From UHGV virus genome UHGV-0351052: a stretch of 64,000 nt of DNA. One strand, 5' to 3'. This stretch comes from a virus. The translations under genes and the position numbers were made by a program. The notes under the pieces were generated by a model that saw only the letters and a program-made list of their open reading frames with translations, was not told the DNA's origin and made no database searches. Shown piece by piece: positions 21,317 through 31,320 of the stretch. How positions within the stretch are numbered: the stretch's first letter is position 1; each line of letters opens with the position of its first letter.

Positions 21317-21576
21317 AAAAGATTCCTTTTAATGTATCTTTTAGACCATTCTATCATATCATCATAATCTAAAAAGTATTCATCAAATTCAGCCATGCAA
21401 ACAACACCTTGTGCTGCTTTTGATGTGATATAAATTATTCCAACATATCTAGAATCTTCTTCGGTATAATCAATATTTGCTATAAATTCATCATTAATGT
21501 CAAATGTCGAAAACTTCACAGTATGCATCCTTAATACAAGATACAGCCATATCTCGCAATGATTTAGGTGTGTCAT
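21313..21576 (-). CDS. hypothetical protein (46.1-like)
   Basis: ORF track. Confidence 0.4.
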   Translation of the reverse strand: MTHLNHCEIWLYLVLRMHTVKFSTFDINDEFIANIDYTEEDSRYVGIIYITSKAAQGVVCMAEFDEYFLDYDDMIEWSKRYIKRNLL

Positions 21577-21763
21577 TATCTAAAATGTTAAAGTTAAAAG
21601 ATACAGCCCAGTCAGTGCAGACCGTAACCTTTTTAATACAATTATCTTCAACTTCTAGCGGTTCAAACCAGTATTCAATAATTTCTTTATGCCCAATATC
21701 ATCTTTTACTTCGCATTCAAAATGCTGACTCATCATAACATTTTTAAATTCATCAAAAGTCAT
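21500..21763 (-). CDS. hypothetical protein (46.2-like)
   Basis: ORF track. Confidence 0.4.
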   Translation of the reverse strand: MTFDEFKNVMMSQHFECEVKDDIGHKEIIEYWFEPLEVEDNCIKKVTVCTDWAVSFNFNILDNDTPKSLRDMAVSCIKDAYCEVFDI

Positions 21764-22779
21764 TGTGTTGCCTCTACATATAGCTGGTTTGCATATTGAA
21801 TAAGTGCTTCACGGTCAGAATCAGTGATGTCTGGAATTGCATTAATGTATTCTTCCATCAACGTCTGAAGAGATTGAACTTCAACCTCTTCGCTGTCATC
21901 TGACTCGACAGAGTTATCAATCTTTGACACAACTCGTAACGAATGCACAACTTTCTCTAGTTCAGATTCGAACTTCGTCAGATTTTTGTCTACTTCAGTT
22001 ACTATAACACGTACTGATAGATTTGTAAAATCTTTATAGTCAATTTTTCCTTTAAATGGATAATGAATTCTACGATGCCAGGTAGTATTGTTTGGAATAA
22101 ATTCCATTCGTTCTGTTTCTGTATCAAACATCCAGAACCCACGAGGGTCATTCTCGTCACCTGCAGTTAGTGTCCATGGTGTCCCAATATATCTGACGTT
22201 TGCAGCCTCAGAAATAGTATGGAAGTGACCAGACCACACTTCTTTATAAGTCTTAAGGAAATCAGGTTCAAGACCGTGAGATTTCATTCCTTTATAAAAA
22301 TAAAATCCATTCAGTTCCCAGTGACCGACACAAAAAGAAGCAGATGAAGTTTTGATATGCTCAAGAATTTCACCAGTATTTTCTTCGCACATCCAAGGAA
22401 TCAAATCAATCAAACATCCGTCAAAATCTACTGTAGTAGGCTTATCATATACTTTAACATTAGGATATTTAGCCAAAAGCTCAGTAGAGGCATTTGGATG
22501 CATTACATTTTTATAGTGGAGATCGTGATTTCCTACAATAGTATGTAATGTAATTCCAGCATCATCAAGCGTTTGAACTATTTCACGGGCAAACTCCATA
22601 GTTTTATGTGTGATCGCTTTTCGCACATCAAAAATATCACCGTATTGAATCCAGGTAGTAATTCCATTTTTCTTAGAATATTCTATTGCTTGTTTAATTC
22701 CATCAATTTGAATACCGCGAATCCACTCATCATCAGCTTTAACGCCTAAATGCCAATCACCTAAATTTAAAATTTTCAT
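21760..22779 (-). CDS. 47: recombination nuclease gp47 (Mre11/SbcD-like phosphoesterase)
   Basis: 339 aa; calcineurin-like motifs GDWHLG, GNHD. Confidence 0.9.
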   Translation of the reverse strand: MKILNLGDWHLGVKADDEWIRGIQIDGIKQAIEYSKKNGITTWIQYGDIFDVRKAITHKTMEFAREIVQTLDDAGITLHTIVGNHDLHYKNVMHPNASTELLAKYPNVKVYDKPTTVDFDGCLIDLIPWMCEENTGEILEHIKTSSASFCVGHWELNGFYFYKGMKSHGLEPDFLKTYKEVWSGHFHTISEAANVRYIGTPWTLTAGDENDPRGFWMFDTETERMEFIPNNTTWHRRIHYPFKGKIDYKDFTNLSVRVIVTEVDKNLTKFESELEKVVHSLRVVSKIDNSVESDDSEEVEVQSLQTLMEEYINAIPDITDSDREALIQYANQLYVEATQ

Positions 22780-22916
22780 ATATCAAGAACCGTCATTGAA
22801 ATGCAAAATAAAATTATTGAAATAAATCCATCTGGAGTGCTAAAGAACCCAATCCAACATGCTCTAGTGAATAGATAAAATGCAAGAAAAAGTATCACAT
22901 ATCCAAGAAATATCAT
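22776..22916 (-). CDS. hypothetical small membrane protein (about 45 aa, not in ORF track)
   Basis: Hand-translated MIFLGYVILFLAFYLF...; ATGA overlap with gene 47 start; coordinates approximate. Confidence 0.3.
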   Translation of the reverse strand: MIFLGYVILFLAFYLFTRACWIGFFSTPDGFISIILFCISMTVLDI

Positions 22917-22940
22917 TATATCAAACTCCGCATAAAGCTA

Positions 22941-22954
22941 AAGGGCCGAAGCCC
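22941..22954 (-). terminator. UUCG-tetraloop hairpin after a-gt
   Basis: agggc-cgaa-gccct immediately downstream of a-gt stop. Confidence 0.55.
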
Positions 22955-22955
22955 T

Positions 22956-24158
22956 TTATTTTGTAATAATGTCAAACTGTTCTTTAAAGCAGAAGCTTGA
23001 ATCTTGATGCTGATACAAAAATTCATATGCTTTTTCTCGCTCACGGTCATAAAGAGCTCGGTCAGATGACAATTCTTTAATACGTTCAAATGTTGATTCC
23101 ATGTCATTTTCATCAAACCAAATGATACCACTATCATGTGAGGTCAAAGGAGTATTATCAACACGGAATTTTAAATTATCACCCGTTGATTTCCAGAAAA
23201 CAGGAATTGTTCCACATGCACCAAGCTCGAGATGAGTATATTCGAGTGAGCGTTGTAAGTATTTTTGGTTAAGTTTACTCAACTGATATCCAAAGCCAGA
23301 TTTACTCATTCGTTCAAGCATTTCACTATTAATATAACAATCTAGGATTTGTGCCGGTTGATTCGGCGTGAGATTCATTTTATCAATCTCACGATTACCA
23401 TAATATTCATACGGAATACCTTTTTCCTTAATTGCAATAAAAGCAGGGGAACGTTCAAGACCTTCCATTACAGTGGATTTACCAGCAGGTTTTAAGAATT
23501 TTTCGTGAAAATCAAACATCTGATAAAAACCTTTCCATGTAGTCGTACGACCAATCCAACGGTTGATGTTCATGTTAATTTCAGAAACATCTTTCCAATA
23601 AGTTGACCGAACCTTCACAATATCCATAGGAGGCTGAAAATTATATACTGTTGGTGCTTCTTCAATATCATCAAACAGAGAAACAGTTTCTGGATACCAT
23701 TCTTTCATCAGAACTTTATTAAAATCACCATTATCAGAATGGCTAAAAATAACGTCAGCTCGACGAACAGTTTCTTCTAATCCCAAATTTCGACGCAAAG
23801 AAAGAACAGAATGATCATGCTGATAAACTACAACACGAATAGAAGGTTTAATATTATCTAAAAGTTTTTTATAGTTATTAATCGTGGCTTCTTGAACGGA
23901 AGTAGCAGGAACAGAATTAATAATTAGAATATCACAATCATTTACCAGCTTAAGTGCTTTATCGTATTCTTTAGCTAAAATAACTGGAATTGAAAATGAT
24001 TTGTGGTCATGAGAACTTGTACGAGTAAATGATTTATCTTTAGCATAAACCAAAGTTACTTCATGACCATTTTTAATAAACCAATCACGCTGCTCAAGAG
24101 AAAATTTAGTTACACCGCAACCTTCAAGACCCCGAGCCAGAAAAATGCATACTTTCAT
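22956..24158 (-). CDS. a-gt: DNA alpha-glucosyltransferase
   Basis: 400 aa, nearly identical to remembered T4 alpha-gt. Confidence 0.9.
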   Translation of the reverse strand: MKVCIFLARGLEGCGVTKFSLEQRDWFIKNGHEVTLVYAKDKSFTRTSSHDHKSFSIPVILAKEYDKALKLVNDCDILIINSVPATSVQEATINNYKKLLDNIKPSIRVVVYQHDHSVLSLRRNLGLEETVRRADVIFSHSDNGDFNKVLMKEWYPETVSLFDDIEEAPTVYNFQPPMDIVKVRSTYWKDVSEINMNINRWIGRTTTWKGFYQMFDFHEKFLKPAGKSTVMEGLERSPAFIAIKEKGIPYEYYGNREIDKMNLTPNQPAQILDCYINSEMLERMSKSGFGYQLSKLNQKYLQRSLEYTHLELGACGTIPVFWKSTGDNLKFRVDNTPLTSHDSGIIWFDENDMESTFERIKELSSDRALYDREREKAYEFLYQHQDSSFCFKEQFDIITK

Positions 24159-24208
24159 TTAATATCCTCTTTGTTTTGGTTTATTTTATCAAAAAATTTA
24201 TAAAGCAA

Positions 24209-24228
24209 TATAGGAGCCGAAGCTCCTA
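24209..24228 (-). terminator. UUCG-tetraloop hairpin
   Basis: ataggagc-cgaa-gctcctat. Confidence 0.5.
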
Positions 24229-24403
24229 TCCGCATAATACGCCATACAGAGGCTCATTAGAACTTTTAAATTTTTATGCGCTTATATGTTATAGTTCCTT
24301 CTGCTTTAGCTTTATCGTAAGACTCTTTAAAGCGTCTCATCATTTCCTCTTTAGAGAAACGAATTTTATTATAATCTATTTCAGAAGTCTGGGTGTTCAT
24401 CTT

Positions 24404-24610
24404 TCATAACTGCCACCATTTTTTGACTTGATAAGAATCAACCCACACTTTCATATTAGGGTCTGCTCTTACAATAGGAGGATTAACTTCTTTAATTGAA
24501 CTATCATGGTATTCTTTTTCAGAAATTTTCACACAAAGATGACCATTTAAAGATTCAGTAAATCCTGCATTAATTTTAAGACGCTTGAATTTTACGTGTG
24601 TAAGCATCAA
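24404..24610 (-). CDS. hypothetical protein (68 aa)
   Basis: ORF track. Confidence 0.4.
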   Translation of the reverse strand: MMLTHVKFKRLKINAGFTESLNGHLCVKISEKEYHDSSIKEVNPPIVRADPNMKVWVDSYQVKKWWQL

Positions 24611-24893
24611 TCATATCCTCAATCTGCGATCTAGTAGTCTTCCAAAGAATACTGATGAGTTCATCGTTATATGGCTGTTTCAGAATATCCCGACTTTTCT
24701 TGATAGCATATTCGTATTGAGCAAAATTATTATTTTCAGCTGCGATCTGAGCGTGCTTATAAAGACGATTCAGTTCGCGTTTGTTTTTAGACAATAACTT
24801 ATTTGCTTTTCTTTCTGCTTCAAGACGGTTCTTTTCTTCAATAGAAGAAATAAGCTTTTCCACTTCATCATTAATTTCGGGTTTATCAGTCAT
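24576..24893 (-). CDS. hypothetical protein (105 aa)
   Basis: ORF track. Confidence 0.5.
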   Translation of the reverse strand: MTDKPEINDEVEKLISSIEEKNRLEAERKANKLLSKNKRELNRLYKHAQIAAENNNFAQYEYAIKKSRDILKQPYNDELISILWKTTRSQIEDMIDAYTRKIQAS

Positions 24894-24894
24894 A

Positions 24895-25113
24895 TTATTT
24901 CTCTAATATAAAATAAAAATCATCATCTGTTAAATGATACCGATAGTTTAATTCTACACCATTAGATTTAAAAGCGGTATCATACGGATTTTCTGGATCA
25001 ATATCAATGTCAAGAGCTAAAACTTCCCTGAGATACATTTTAAGTAAATAGGGAATAGCTTCAACTTCAGGTATTTCTTCCAAGAATCCGGAGAGGTTAA
25101 TCGTTAGCCTCAT
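24895..25113 (-). CDS. hypothetical protein (72 aa)
   Basis: ORF track. Confidence 0.5.
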
Positions 25114-25654
25114 ATAAAAAATCCAAACTAGGAGAATCGTCTACAACACTTTTCTTTTCAGCCCCCGGTGTTCTATAGGTTGATTCTTCGTAATGCGTCA
25201 TTTTATCGTAGATGTCTTGAATAAAAGTTTCATCTACTAACGCAACCATATCGTCGTCACGGCTGTCATAGACATTGTGAACGAAGTAACTATATTTCTT
25301 TGCAACTTCCTTACGTTCTTTTTTAATACGTTGGACGAATGCATTAAAACAAGCTTGAGTTATATACGCATGTGGGTTTTTATATTTCGTTTCATCAAAA
25401 TTGTGAAGCCCCTTAATAGAAGCTTCTATACCATCTGCAATCATTTCTTGTTTCCAAGACTGGGTGTATCCTGAAAAGTTGAAACGTTTAGATAAGCCTT
25501 CTGCAATAAGCATAATGGCTAATCCGATAGTATCATTCTGACGAACTACTTTATTTGGGTCTTTATTATTTGCTAATTCTGTTTTCCAATCAATAATAGC
25601 TTGTAAAAGCTCTTTATTGTTTACGTAATTATATTTAGGCTTAGTTTCTGACAT
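25097..25654 (-). CDS. 55: late transcription sigma factor gp55
   Basis: Start at [10 protein letters not shown] gives 185 aa matching T4 gp55. Confidence 0.85.
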
Positions 25655-25732
25655 TTTCACCTCTTAGCTCAATTCATAGATCTATTATATCATAATATTT
25701 GAAGACCTATCTTAAAGCATAGAGGATATCAG

Positions 25733-26002
25733 TTATCTAAGTAAACAGTATGCTTGGAATACTTTCTCCATCATCTTTTTAAATTCATGAATATCTATAT
25801 AATGACTAGTTAGATCAGCATGATATAAAAAGTCTAAAAACTTTTCATGTGTGCTAACATATTCGCTTTCATTTAATTCAGAAACATGGCTTTCCCAATA
25901 TCCAACACCAGTCTTATTTGGGAAAAATGAAATTTTCATGTATTGGTCAACATAGAAAATGCCATAATTTTCAATAGTAATAGAAATATTAATAAATTTC
26001 AT
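25733..26002 (-). CDS. hypothetical protein (89 aa)
   Basis: ORF track. Confidence 0.5.
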   Translation of the reverse strand: MKFINISITIENYGIFYVDQYMKISFFPNKTGVGYWESHVSELNESEYVSTHEKFLDFLYHADLTSHYIDIHEFKKMMEKVFQAYCLLR

Positions 26003-26214
26003 ACATTCATCAACTTAGCCGCTTCAAGAGCTGCATCTAGTGAATCAAATTGGTCAACATATTCAATCAATTCGCCGTAATTAGCATATAACCACCATTG
26101 GCTAAATTCATACTCAAGGATGAATCCGTTTCCTTCAATTTGAGTTAAACCAATGCCATTTGTATTTACTTCATACCCAGCAAGACGTAAATCGTTAATA
26201 AGAGCTTCGTTCAT
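25999..26214 (-). CDS. hypothetical protein (71 aa)
   Basis: ORF track. Confidence 0.5.
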   Translation of the reverse strand: MNEALINDLRLAGYEVNTNGIGLTQIEGNGFILEYEFSQWWLYANYGELIEYVDQFDSLDAALEAAKLMNV

Positions 26215-26216
26215 AA

Positions 26217-26543
26217 TTATACCTTAGTAATTTTCAGGTCTGCAAATTTTTTCTTGCGTTGATTTTTCATGCGACGAATAGTTTTATCGGAAATTTCATG
26301 CTTTTGATAAGCTTTAGATTCTACACCAAAAGCTTTAACATCAAATTCTGACAAGATATATTGAACCAACAATTCACGGACAGTATTGCGTCCAATCTTC
26401 TGATCATTCTGTTTCATCATCTGATGAAGCTCTTTTTCCCATTTATCCAAAATTTGAGGAGTTACAATATCGCCTTTTTCTAGCAAAGAAACTACTTTAT
26501 CATATGCGTAAGAATTAATGACGTTTTTAATTTGAATAGTCAT
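26217..26543 (-). CDS. hypothetical protein (108 aa)
   Basis: ORF track. Confidence 0.5.
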   Translation of the reverse strand: MTIQIKNVINSYAYDKVVSLLEKGDIVTPQILDKWEKELHQMMKQNDQKIGRNTVRELLVQYILSEFDVKAFGVESKAYQKHEISDKTIRRMKNQRKKKFADLKITKV

Positions 26544-26581
26544 ACATTATCCTCAATTACGTTAAAATTTTATTATCCAAA

Positions 26582-26597
26582 AAGGGCCGAAGCCCTT
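26582..26597 (-). terminator. UUCG-tetraloop hairpin
   Basis: aagggc-cgaa-gccctt. Confidence 0.5.
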
Positions 26598-26796
26598 AGC
26601 TAAACTTTTTGGCACCCTTCCAGCCTTCATACATCATTGCGGCTGATATTAATATTGCTCCTGAGCAACTTGAATATTTGTGGTTCCAAAACCAGTTTAG
26701 AAAAACTTCGTCATCAATACCTTGGGCTATCATATTTTCAAAGAACTGACGACGAGCTTCGGCAATTCGCTGCGATAATTTAGATTCAGGATTCAT
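26596..26796 (-). CDS. hypothetical protein (66 aa)
   Basis: ORF track. Confidence 0.45.
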   Translation of the reverse strand: MNPESKLSQRIAEARRQFFENMIAQGIDDEVFLNWFWNHKYSSCSGAILISAAMMYEGWKGAKKFS

Positions 26797-27015
26797 TTAA
26801 ATTTCCCACCAATTGCCATTTTCATCAATAAATTTAATCCAGTCATTTACTGACCACTTGGTCGTATCGCCTTTTGGAGTAACATTTAAAGTATATAGCC
26901 CTTGCTTAAAAAGCATTCGTTTGATATTCATATTTTCCTCAGCTATAACGATAGCACTCGTTTGATTTACGTTTAGCAACTCGTTGAGAAGTATTATAAT
27001 CAAAATCATCGTCAA
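26797..27015 (-). CDS. hypothetical protein (72 aa)
   Basis: ORF track; overlaps next ORF. Confidence 0.4.
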   Translation of the reverse strand: MTMILIIILLNELLNVNQTSAIVIAEENMNIKRMLFKQGLYTLNVTPKGDTTKWSVNDWIKFIDENGNWWEI

Positions 27016-27277
27016 TGTAAACTGATTTTTTCAACTTTCTTACTTCACCACGTAATTGACGATTTAGCTCATCTTTAACTTCTGAATCAATGCCTTTCAT
27101 TCTACGCCATTTATCTGAGCGAAAAATGTTTTCAACCATATCTTTATGACTTACACCATCAGGAGCTTTGCGCTTTCCGAAATAGTCATAATCACGAACT
27201 TTCAAGTCTCTACGACGATACGTTTTACCCATGGAGTTTAATTTCCTTAGCAACTGAACTAAATACAGCACGGTCAC
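26939..27277 (-). CDS. hypothetical basic protein (112 aa)
   Basis: ORF track. Confidence 0.45.
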   Translation of the reverse strand: MTVLYLVQLLRKLNSMGKTYRRRDLKVRDYDYFGKRKAPDGVSHKDMVENIFRSDKWRRMKGIDSEVKDELNRQLRGEVRKLKKSVYIDDDFDYNTSQRVAKRKSNECYRYS

Positions 27278-27407
27278 AAATCATCTGTTTATGTAACTTG
27301 AGTATAAGATAATAAACTTCAAAACCGTTTACGTAAGTAACACGAACAACATTACCATTAATAAAATAATATTGTCCCTTTTTAATTTCTTTATCAACCA
27401 CAACCAT
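27225..27407 (-). CDS. hypothetical protein (60 aa)
   Basis: ORF track. Confidence 0.4.
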   Translation of the reverse strand: MVVVDKEIKKGQYYFINGNVVRVTYVNGFEVYYLILKLHKQMICDRAVFSSVAKEIKLHG

Positions 27408-27435
27408 ATTAATTCCTCAAAGGCAATTCATGTGT

Positions 27436-27467
27436 TAATAATACCACAGTTTGAACTTGTTGTAAAC
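27436..27467 (-). promoter_or_regulatory. T4-type early promoter
   Basis: gtaaac at 27462-27467, -10 region taataatacc, shared upstream motif tttgtgaaa. Confidence 0.55.
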
Positions 27468-27542
27468 AACTTTGTGAAATTATTTTAGGGAATGATAAGA
27501 AGGGAACGATAGCTTAGAATGGTAATATACAGAATGTGAGAA

Positions 27543-27560
27543 AGAAAGGCCCAGAGGGCC
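27543..27560 (-). terminator. hairpin terminator after nrdH
   Basis: ggccc-aga-gggcc with U-rich tract on minus strand. Confidence 0.5.
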
Positions 27561-27564
27561 CGTC

Positions 27565-27855
27565 TTAGTCTTCTATGATATCTCTATCATATCCAAGTGA
27601 AATGAGAGTTTCTTTGAAGTGTTTAATGTTCTTTTGTCTAGAATCATTGATGAAAATGACTGGATAACGAATGTTAAGAGATGTGAATCCAGCTCGTTTA
27701 GCAAGAGATACAATCAGTGGACGATCATACTCAATCTTACCATTATTTGTAAGAACTTTATAGAAAGTAAAAGGAGCATTGAGCTCCTTTAGAAGTTTTG
27801 TAACTGATTGACATCCAGGACAACGACCTACTTCTTCGGGGATGCCATAGATTTC
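27565..27855 (-). CDS. nrdH: glutaredoxin-like protein NrdH (start uncertain, possibly non-ATG)
   Basis: CPGC redox motif in KIEIYGIPEEVGRCPGCQSV; ORF track extends further upstream without an obvious Met. Confidence 0.55.
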   Translation of the reverse strand, partial: EIYGIPEEVGRCPGCQSVTKLLKELNAPFTFYKVLTNNGKIEYDRPLIVSLAKRAGFTSLNIRYPVIFINDSRQKNIKHFKETLISLGYDRDIIED

Positions 27856-27859
27856 AATC

Positions 27860-28171
27860 TTATTCTTTAAGTTCGAGTTTTGTTCCACGAGAAATAATTC
27901 CTTGATAAGCCCAGTATGGCGGGTTAACAGAATCCTCACCAGAGTTTTCTTCAGGAAAATAAACCTGGATAACGAAGCCGGATTCATCAAAGGTGAAATA
28001 AGTAGTAGGCAGTTCACCTAACAAATCGGCACGAGCGTTGATTTCTTCGAGGTCTTGTTCACGTCCAGCCCAGAAGCTTGGGTTCAGACTACATTCATAG
28101 AAATAATAGTCATTACCGAACATATCAAAACCATTCCAACTCTCTACTACATACCGCTCAAAACTAATCAT
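27860..28171 (-). CDS. hypothetical protein (103 aa)
   Basis: ORF track. Confidence 0.5.
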   Translation of the reverse strand: MISFERYVVESWNGFDMFGNDYYFYECSLNPSFWAGREQDLEEINARADLLGELPTTYFTFDESGFVIQVYFPEENSGEDSVNPPYWAYQGIISRGTKLELKE

Positions 28172-28173
28172 AA

Positions 28174-28389
28174 TTAAGCCTTTTTATCAAGAACAGCATT
28201 CAACTTATTAGTAATTTTATCCAGACGTTCATTGAACTCACTAGAAGATAAGCCCTTTTCTGGAGAAATCAAACTAATCACAAAAAATATAGCAATAAAA
28301 GGAATAAGGAAAATAGCTCCAACTGCCATAAACAGAAAGAATGTTACAGTTGTAAGAAAATCAGCTAAACCTTTACGAAATTTATACAT
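28174..28389 (-). CDS. hypothetical membrane protein (71 aa)
   Basis: ORF track; hydrophobic. Confidence 0.5.
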   Translation of the reverse strand: MYKFRKGLADFLTTVTFFLFMAVGAIFLIPFIAIFFVISLISPEKGLSSSEFNERLDKITNKLNAVLDKKA

Positions 28390-28504
28390 ATTTTACCCTT
28401 AATTGATTAACCAAGCATTGATAAGCACTAAACTATACTGCGAATAAAATTCTGGACCAAAATGAAAAATCATATCATTTATAGTATCCATAATATAATT
28501 CAAT

Positions 28505-28975
28505 TTAATCATGTTTCCACACCCCATCGGTATTTGACCAAAGTCGCTGATTATCTGATCCTCGCCACAGCTTTTTAGTCGGAAGATTTTTCTCATACTT
28601 CCCATCAATAATAACATCAACATATTTAAGCATTTCTAGTTGTTTAATATCTTCAAACTTATATCCTGTCCACAACCAAATGCTTTTATTGGGATAAAGA
28701 TTTTTTACTGTTTGAACAATGCAATGAACAACATCTCGGTTATCAGGATAGAGAGGGTCTCCTCCAGTTATAGTTAATCCTTCTATATAATCATTATTCA
28801 AACATTCAATTAATTGTTCCAGTGTTTCACCAGTGAATGGAACGCCATTTCTAGCATTCCAAGTACTACGATTATAACAACCTTCGCATTTATGCAAACA
28901 ACCTGTAACGAAAAGAACGACCCTGCATCCAGGGCCATTCACAAAATCGCAAGGATAAAATCTATCATAATTCAT
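28505..28975 (-). CDS. nrdG: anaerobic ribonucleotide reductase activating protein NrdG (radical SAM)
   Basis: 156 aa; CxxxCxxC-type cluster CLHKCEGCYN. Confidence 0.85.
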   Translation of the reverse strand: MNYDRFYPCDFVNGPGCRVVLFVTGCLHKCEGCYNRSTWNARNGVPFTGETLEQLIECLNNDYIEGLTITGGDPLYPDNRDVVHCIVQTVKNLYPNKSIWLWTGYKFEDIKQLEMLKYVDVIIDGKYEKNLPTKKLWRGSDNQRLWSNTDGVWKHD

Positions 28976-28987
28976 TGGTGTTTAACC

Positions 28988-30805
28988 CTATGCATGTTTT
29001 ACTCGTTTTACCATTTCTTTCATTTTACCTAAATTCCATGGAACAACGCTAGGAGTTCCAAGATATCCGCATGTTCTTCTTATGGTATTCATCTTTTTAG
29101 GATCAGTTTCTCCACAAATAGAACAAACAAATCCGTTTTCAGTAGGAGTCATTTCATGGGTGCTTCCGCATGTAAAACACTTATCTACTGGCATATTAAC
29201 ACCAAAATAATCTAAATGCTGTGCAGCATAATCCCATACGGCCTCAAGTCCTTTTAAGTTATTTTTCATATCAGGAAGTTCAACATAAGAAATGTGACCA
29301 CCTGTCGCAATGAAATGATATGGCGCTTCACGAGAAATCTTTTCAAACGGAGTAATATTTTCTTCTACTGAAACATGGAAACTGTTAGTGTACCAACCTT
29401 TATCGGTAACATCTTTTACGCTTCCATATTTTTCTGTATCGAGTTTACAGAAGCGATAACAAAGGTTTTCAGCAGGAGTCGAATATAAACTAAAAGCAAA
29501 TCCAGTTCTTTCAGTCCACTGTTTAAGATGAGCATTCATTTTAGTTAAAATTTCTCGTCCAATATCACGACCGACAAGAATATTCAATTCGTGAATACCA
29601 ATGTATCCTAGGGACACTGAACTTCTACCGTTTTTAAATAACTCAATTATGTCGTCATCAGGTTTAAGACGAACCCCGAATGCACCTTCTTGGTAAAGAA
29701 TAGGAGCAACAGTAGCTTTAACTCCTTTTAAGGAACTAATTCTACACATCAAAGCTTCAAAACACAAATCCATTCGTTCATTGAATAATTCAACAAATTT
29801 CTGTTCATTGAACTGTGTTCCAATATAAGAATCTAACGCGATGCGAGGAAGATTCAGTGTTACAACACCAAGATTATTACGTCCATCAAGAATTTCATTG
29901 CCAGTCGAATCTTTCCATACGCTCAAGAAACTACGGCAACCCATTGGAGAAACAGGAACAGATGAACCGGTGATAGCTTTATTGTTCTTAGCCGAAATGA
30001 TGTCAGGATACATTCTTTTACTTGCACACTCTAGAGCAAGCTGCTTAATATCATAGTTCGGATCGTCTTTATAAAGATTAACACCTTCTTCAACGAACAT
30101 AACAAGCTTAGGGAAAATAGGAGTTATCCCATCGCGGCCAAGACCTTTAATGCGATTTTTCAGAATTGCTTTCTGAATCATTCGTTCAGTCCAGTCAGTT
30201 CCCGTACCAAATGTAATTGTTACAAAAGGCGTTTGTCCGTTTGAACTAAAGAGAGTATTTACTTCATATTCATAAGCTTGGAATGCATCGTATACGTCTT
30301 TTTCTGTTTTAGATTGGGCATAATTCAACGCGTCAGCGATTTGCCATTTTTCTGCGTCCTCAATATGTTTTGCATAGGTGTGTTTAACATAAGGAGAAAG
30401 TACTTTATCTACATTCGCAAAAGTTGTTCCGCCATATTGATGGGAAGCAACCTGCGCAGTAATTTGTGCCATAATTGCAGTAGCAACGCCGATTGATTTA
30501 GGAGTTTCAATCTGTGCATTGCCGAGCTTAAATCCGTTTTCAAGCATTCCTTTTAAATCTACTAAACAGCAATTAGTAAATGGAAGAGCAGGGGAATAAT
30601 CAATATCATGGAAATGGATAATTCCGCTTTCATGCGCTTTCATAATAAAAGACGGGACCATATTTTTGGCAATGTGTTTAGACACAATACCAGCCATAAG
30701 GTCCCGTTGAGTTGGAAAAACACGAGAATCTTTATTAGCATTCTCGTTCAAAAGGTCTTTATTAGTTTTATGAATCAATCCTTCAATTTCTTTTTCAATT
30801 GTCAT
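28988..30805 (-). CDS. nrdD: anaerobic ribonucleoside-triphosphate reductase NrdD, uninterrupted (no intron)
   Basis: 605 aa continuous ORF; C-terminal zinc site CFTCGS...CSICG. Confidence 0.9.
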   Translation of the reverse strand: MTIEKEIEGLIHKTNKDLLNENANKDSRVFPTQRDLMAGIVSKHIAKNMVPSFIMKAHESGIIHFHDIDYSPALPFTNCCLVDLKGMLENGFKLGNAQIETPKSIGVATAIMAQITAQVASHQYGGTTFANVDKVLSPYVKHTYAKHIEDAEKWQIADALNYAQSKTEKDVYDAFQAYEYEVNTLFSSNGQTPFVTITFGTGTDWTERMIQKAILKNRIKGLGRDGITPIFPKLVMFVEEGVNLYKDDPNYDIKQLALECASKRMYPDIISAKNNKAITGSSVPVSPMGCRSFLSVWKDSTGNEILDGRNNLGVVTLNLPRIALDSYIGTQFNEQKFVELFNERMDLCFEALMCRISSLKGVKATVAPILYQEGAFGVRLKPDDDIIELFKNGRSSVSLGYIGIHELNILVGRDIGREILTKMNAHLKQWTERTGFAFSLYSTPAENLCYRFCKLDTEKYGSVKDVTDKGWYTNSFHVSVEENITPFEKISREAPYHFIATGGHISYVELPDMKNNLKGLEAVWDYAAQHLDYFGVNMPVDKCFTCGSTHEMTPTENGFVCSICGETDPKKMNTIRRTCGYLGTPSVVPWNLGKMKEMVKRVKHA

Positions 30806-31275
30806 TTTAAACTCTTTCTAAGCTGCTTCTTAAATGAAGCTATTAATTGTGTTTTGGTGTCAGATTCATTATATTCAAATCCTCTTTGAAGCATCTCAGC
30901 CATCATTTCCTCTTTTCCTAAACGAGAAAATTCCTTTGATTTATCTCCAACAAAGTTAGGGTGAATATTATTTTGGGTGTAATCGGATTTTAAATAAGTA
31001 AGTAAATTTTCTAACCATTCAAGATAATCAACACCTTGTCCCTTTAAGCCAGAACGATTAAATTTGTGCTTCATTTGACCTTCTGCGGCATTGCAGAGAT
31101 TACAAAGCAATCCACGCACCTTTCCTGCTTTTGGTCCATTTAATTCATGGTCATGGTCGAGGTGATTAGCTTGAACATCAGGATTTAATTCTCGTTGGCA
31201 AATTAAGCATTTACCGTTTTGTGCATTATAAAATTTCTGTTTTTCTTCTTTGTATAATTTGCCAGTCAATAACAT
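30802..31275 (-). CDS. 49: endonuclease VII (Holliday junction resolvase) gp49
   Basis: 157 aa essentially identical to remembered T4 endo VII. Confidence 0.85.
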   Translation of the reverse strand: MLLTGKLYKEEKQKFYNAQNGKCLICQRELNPDVQANHLDHDHELNGPKAGKVRGLLCNLCNAAEGQMKHKFNRSGLKGQGVDYLEWLENLLTYLKSDYTQNNIHPNFVGDKSKEFSRLGKEEMMAEMLQRGFEYNESDTKTQLIASFKKQLRKSLK

Positions 31276-31320
31276 AATAAAACCCTTACCTTAAATAGAT
31301 AAGGGTATTTATTATTTTTA

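Noticed and set aside
22916-23137. 73-aa minus-strand ORF overlapping the 3-prime end of a-gt
   Set aside because: It lies in a different frame inside the a-gt coding sequence; a-gt is full length and T4-like, so this is a frame artefact.
28399-28623. 74-aa minus-strand ORF overlapping the start of nrdG in another frame
   Set aside because: It overlaps the conserved nrdG coding region for more than 100 nt; likely spurious.
28988-30805. Search for a group I intron or homing endonuclease inside nrdD
   Set aside because: The reading frame is continuous for 605 codons with no inserted ORF, so no intron is present in this allele.
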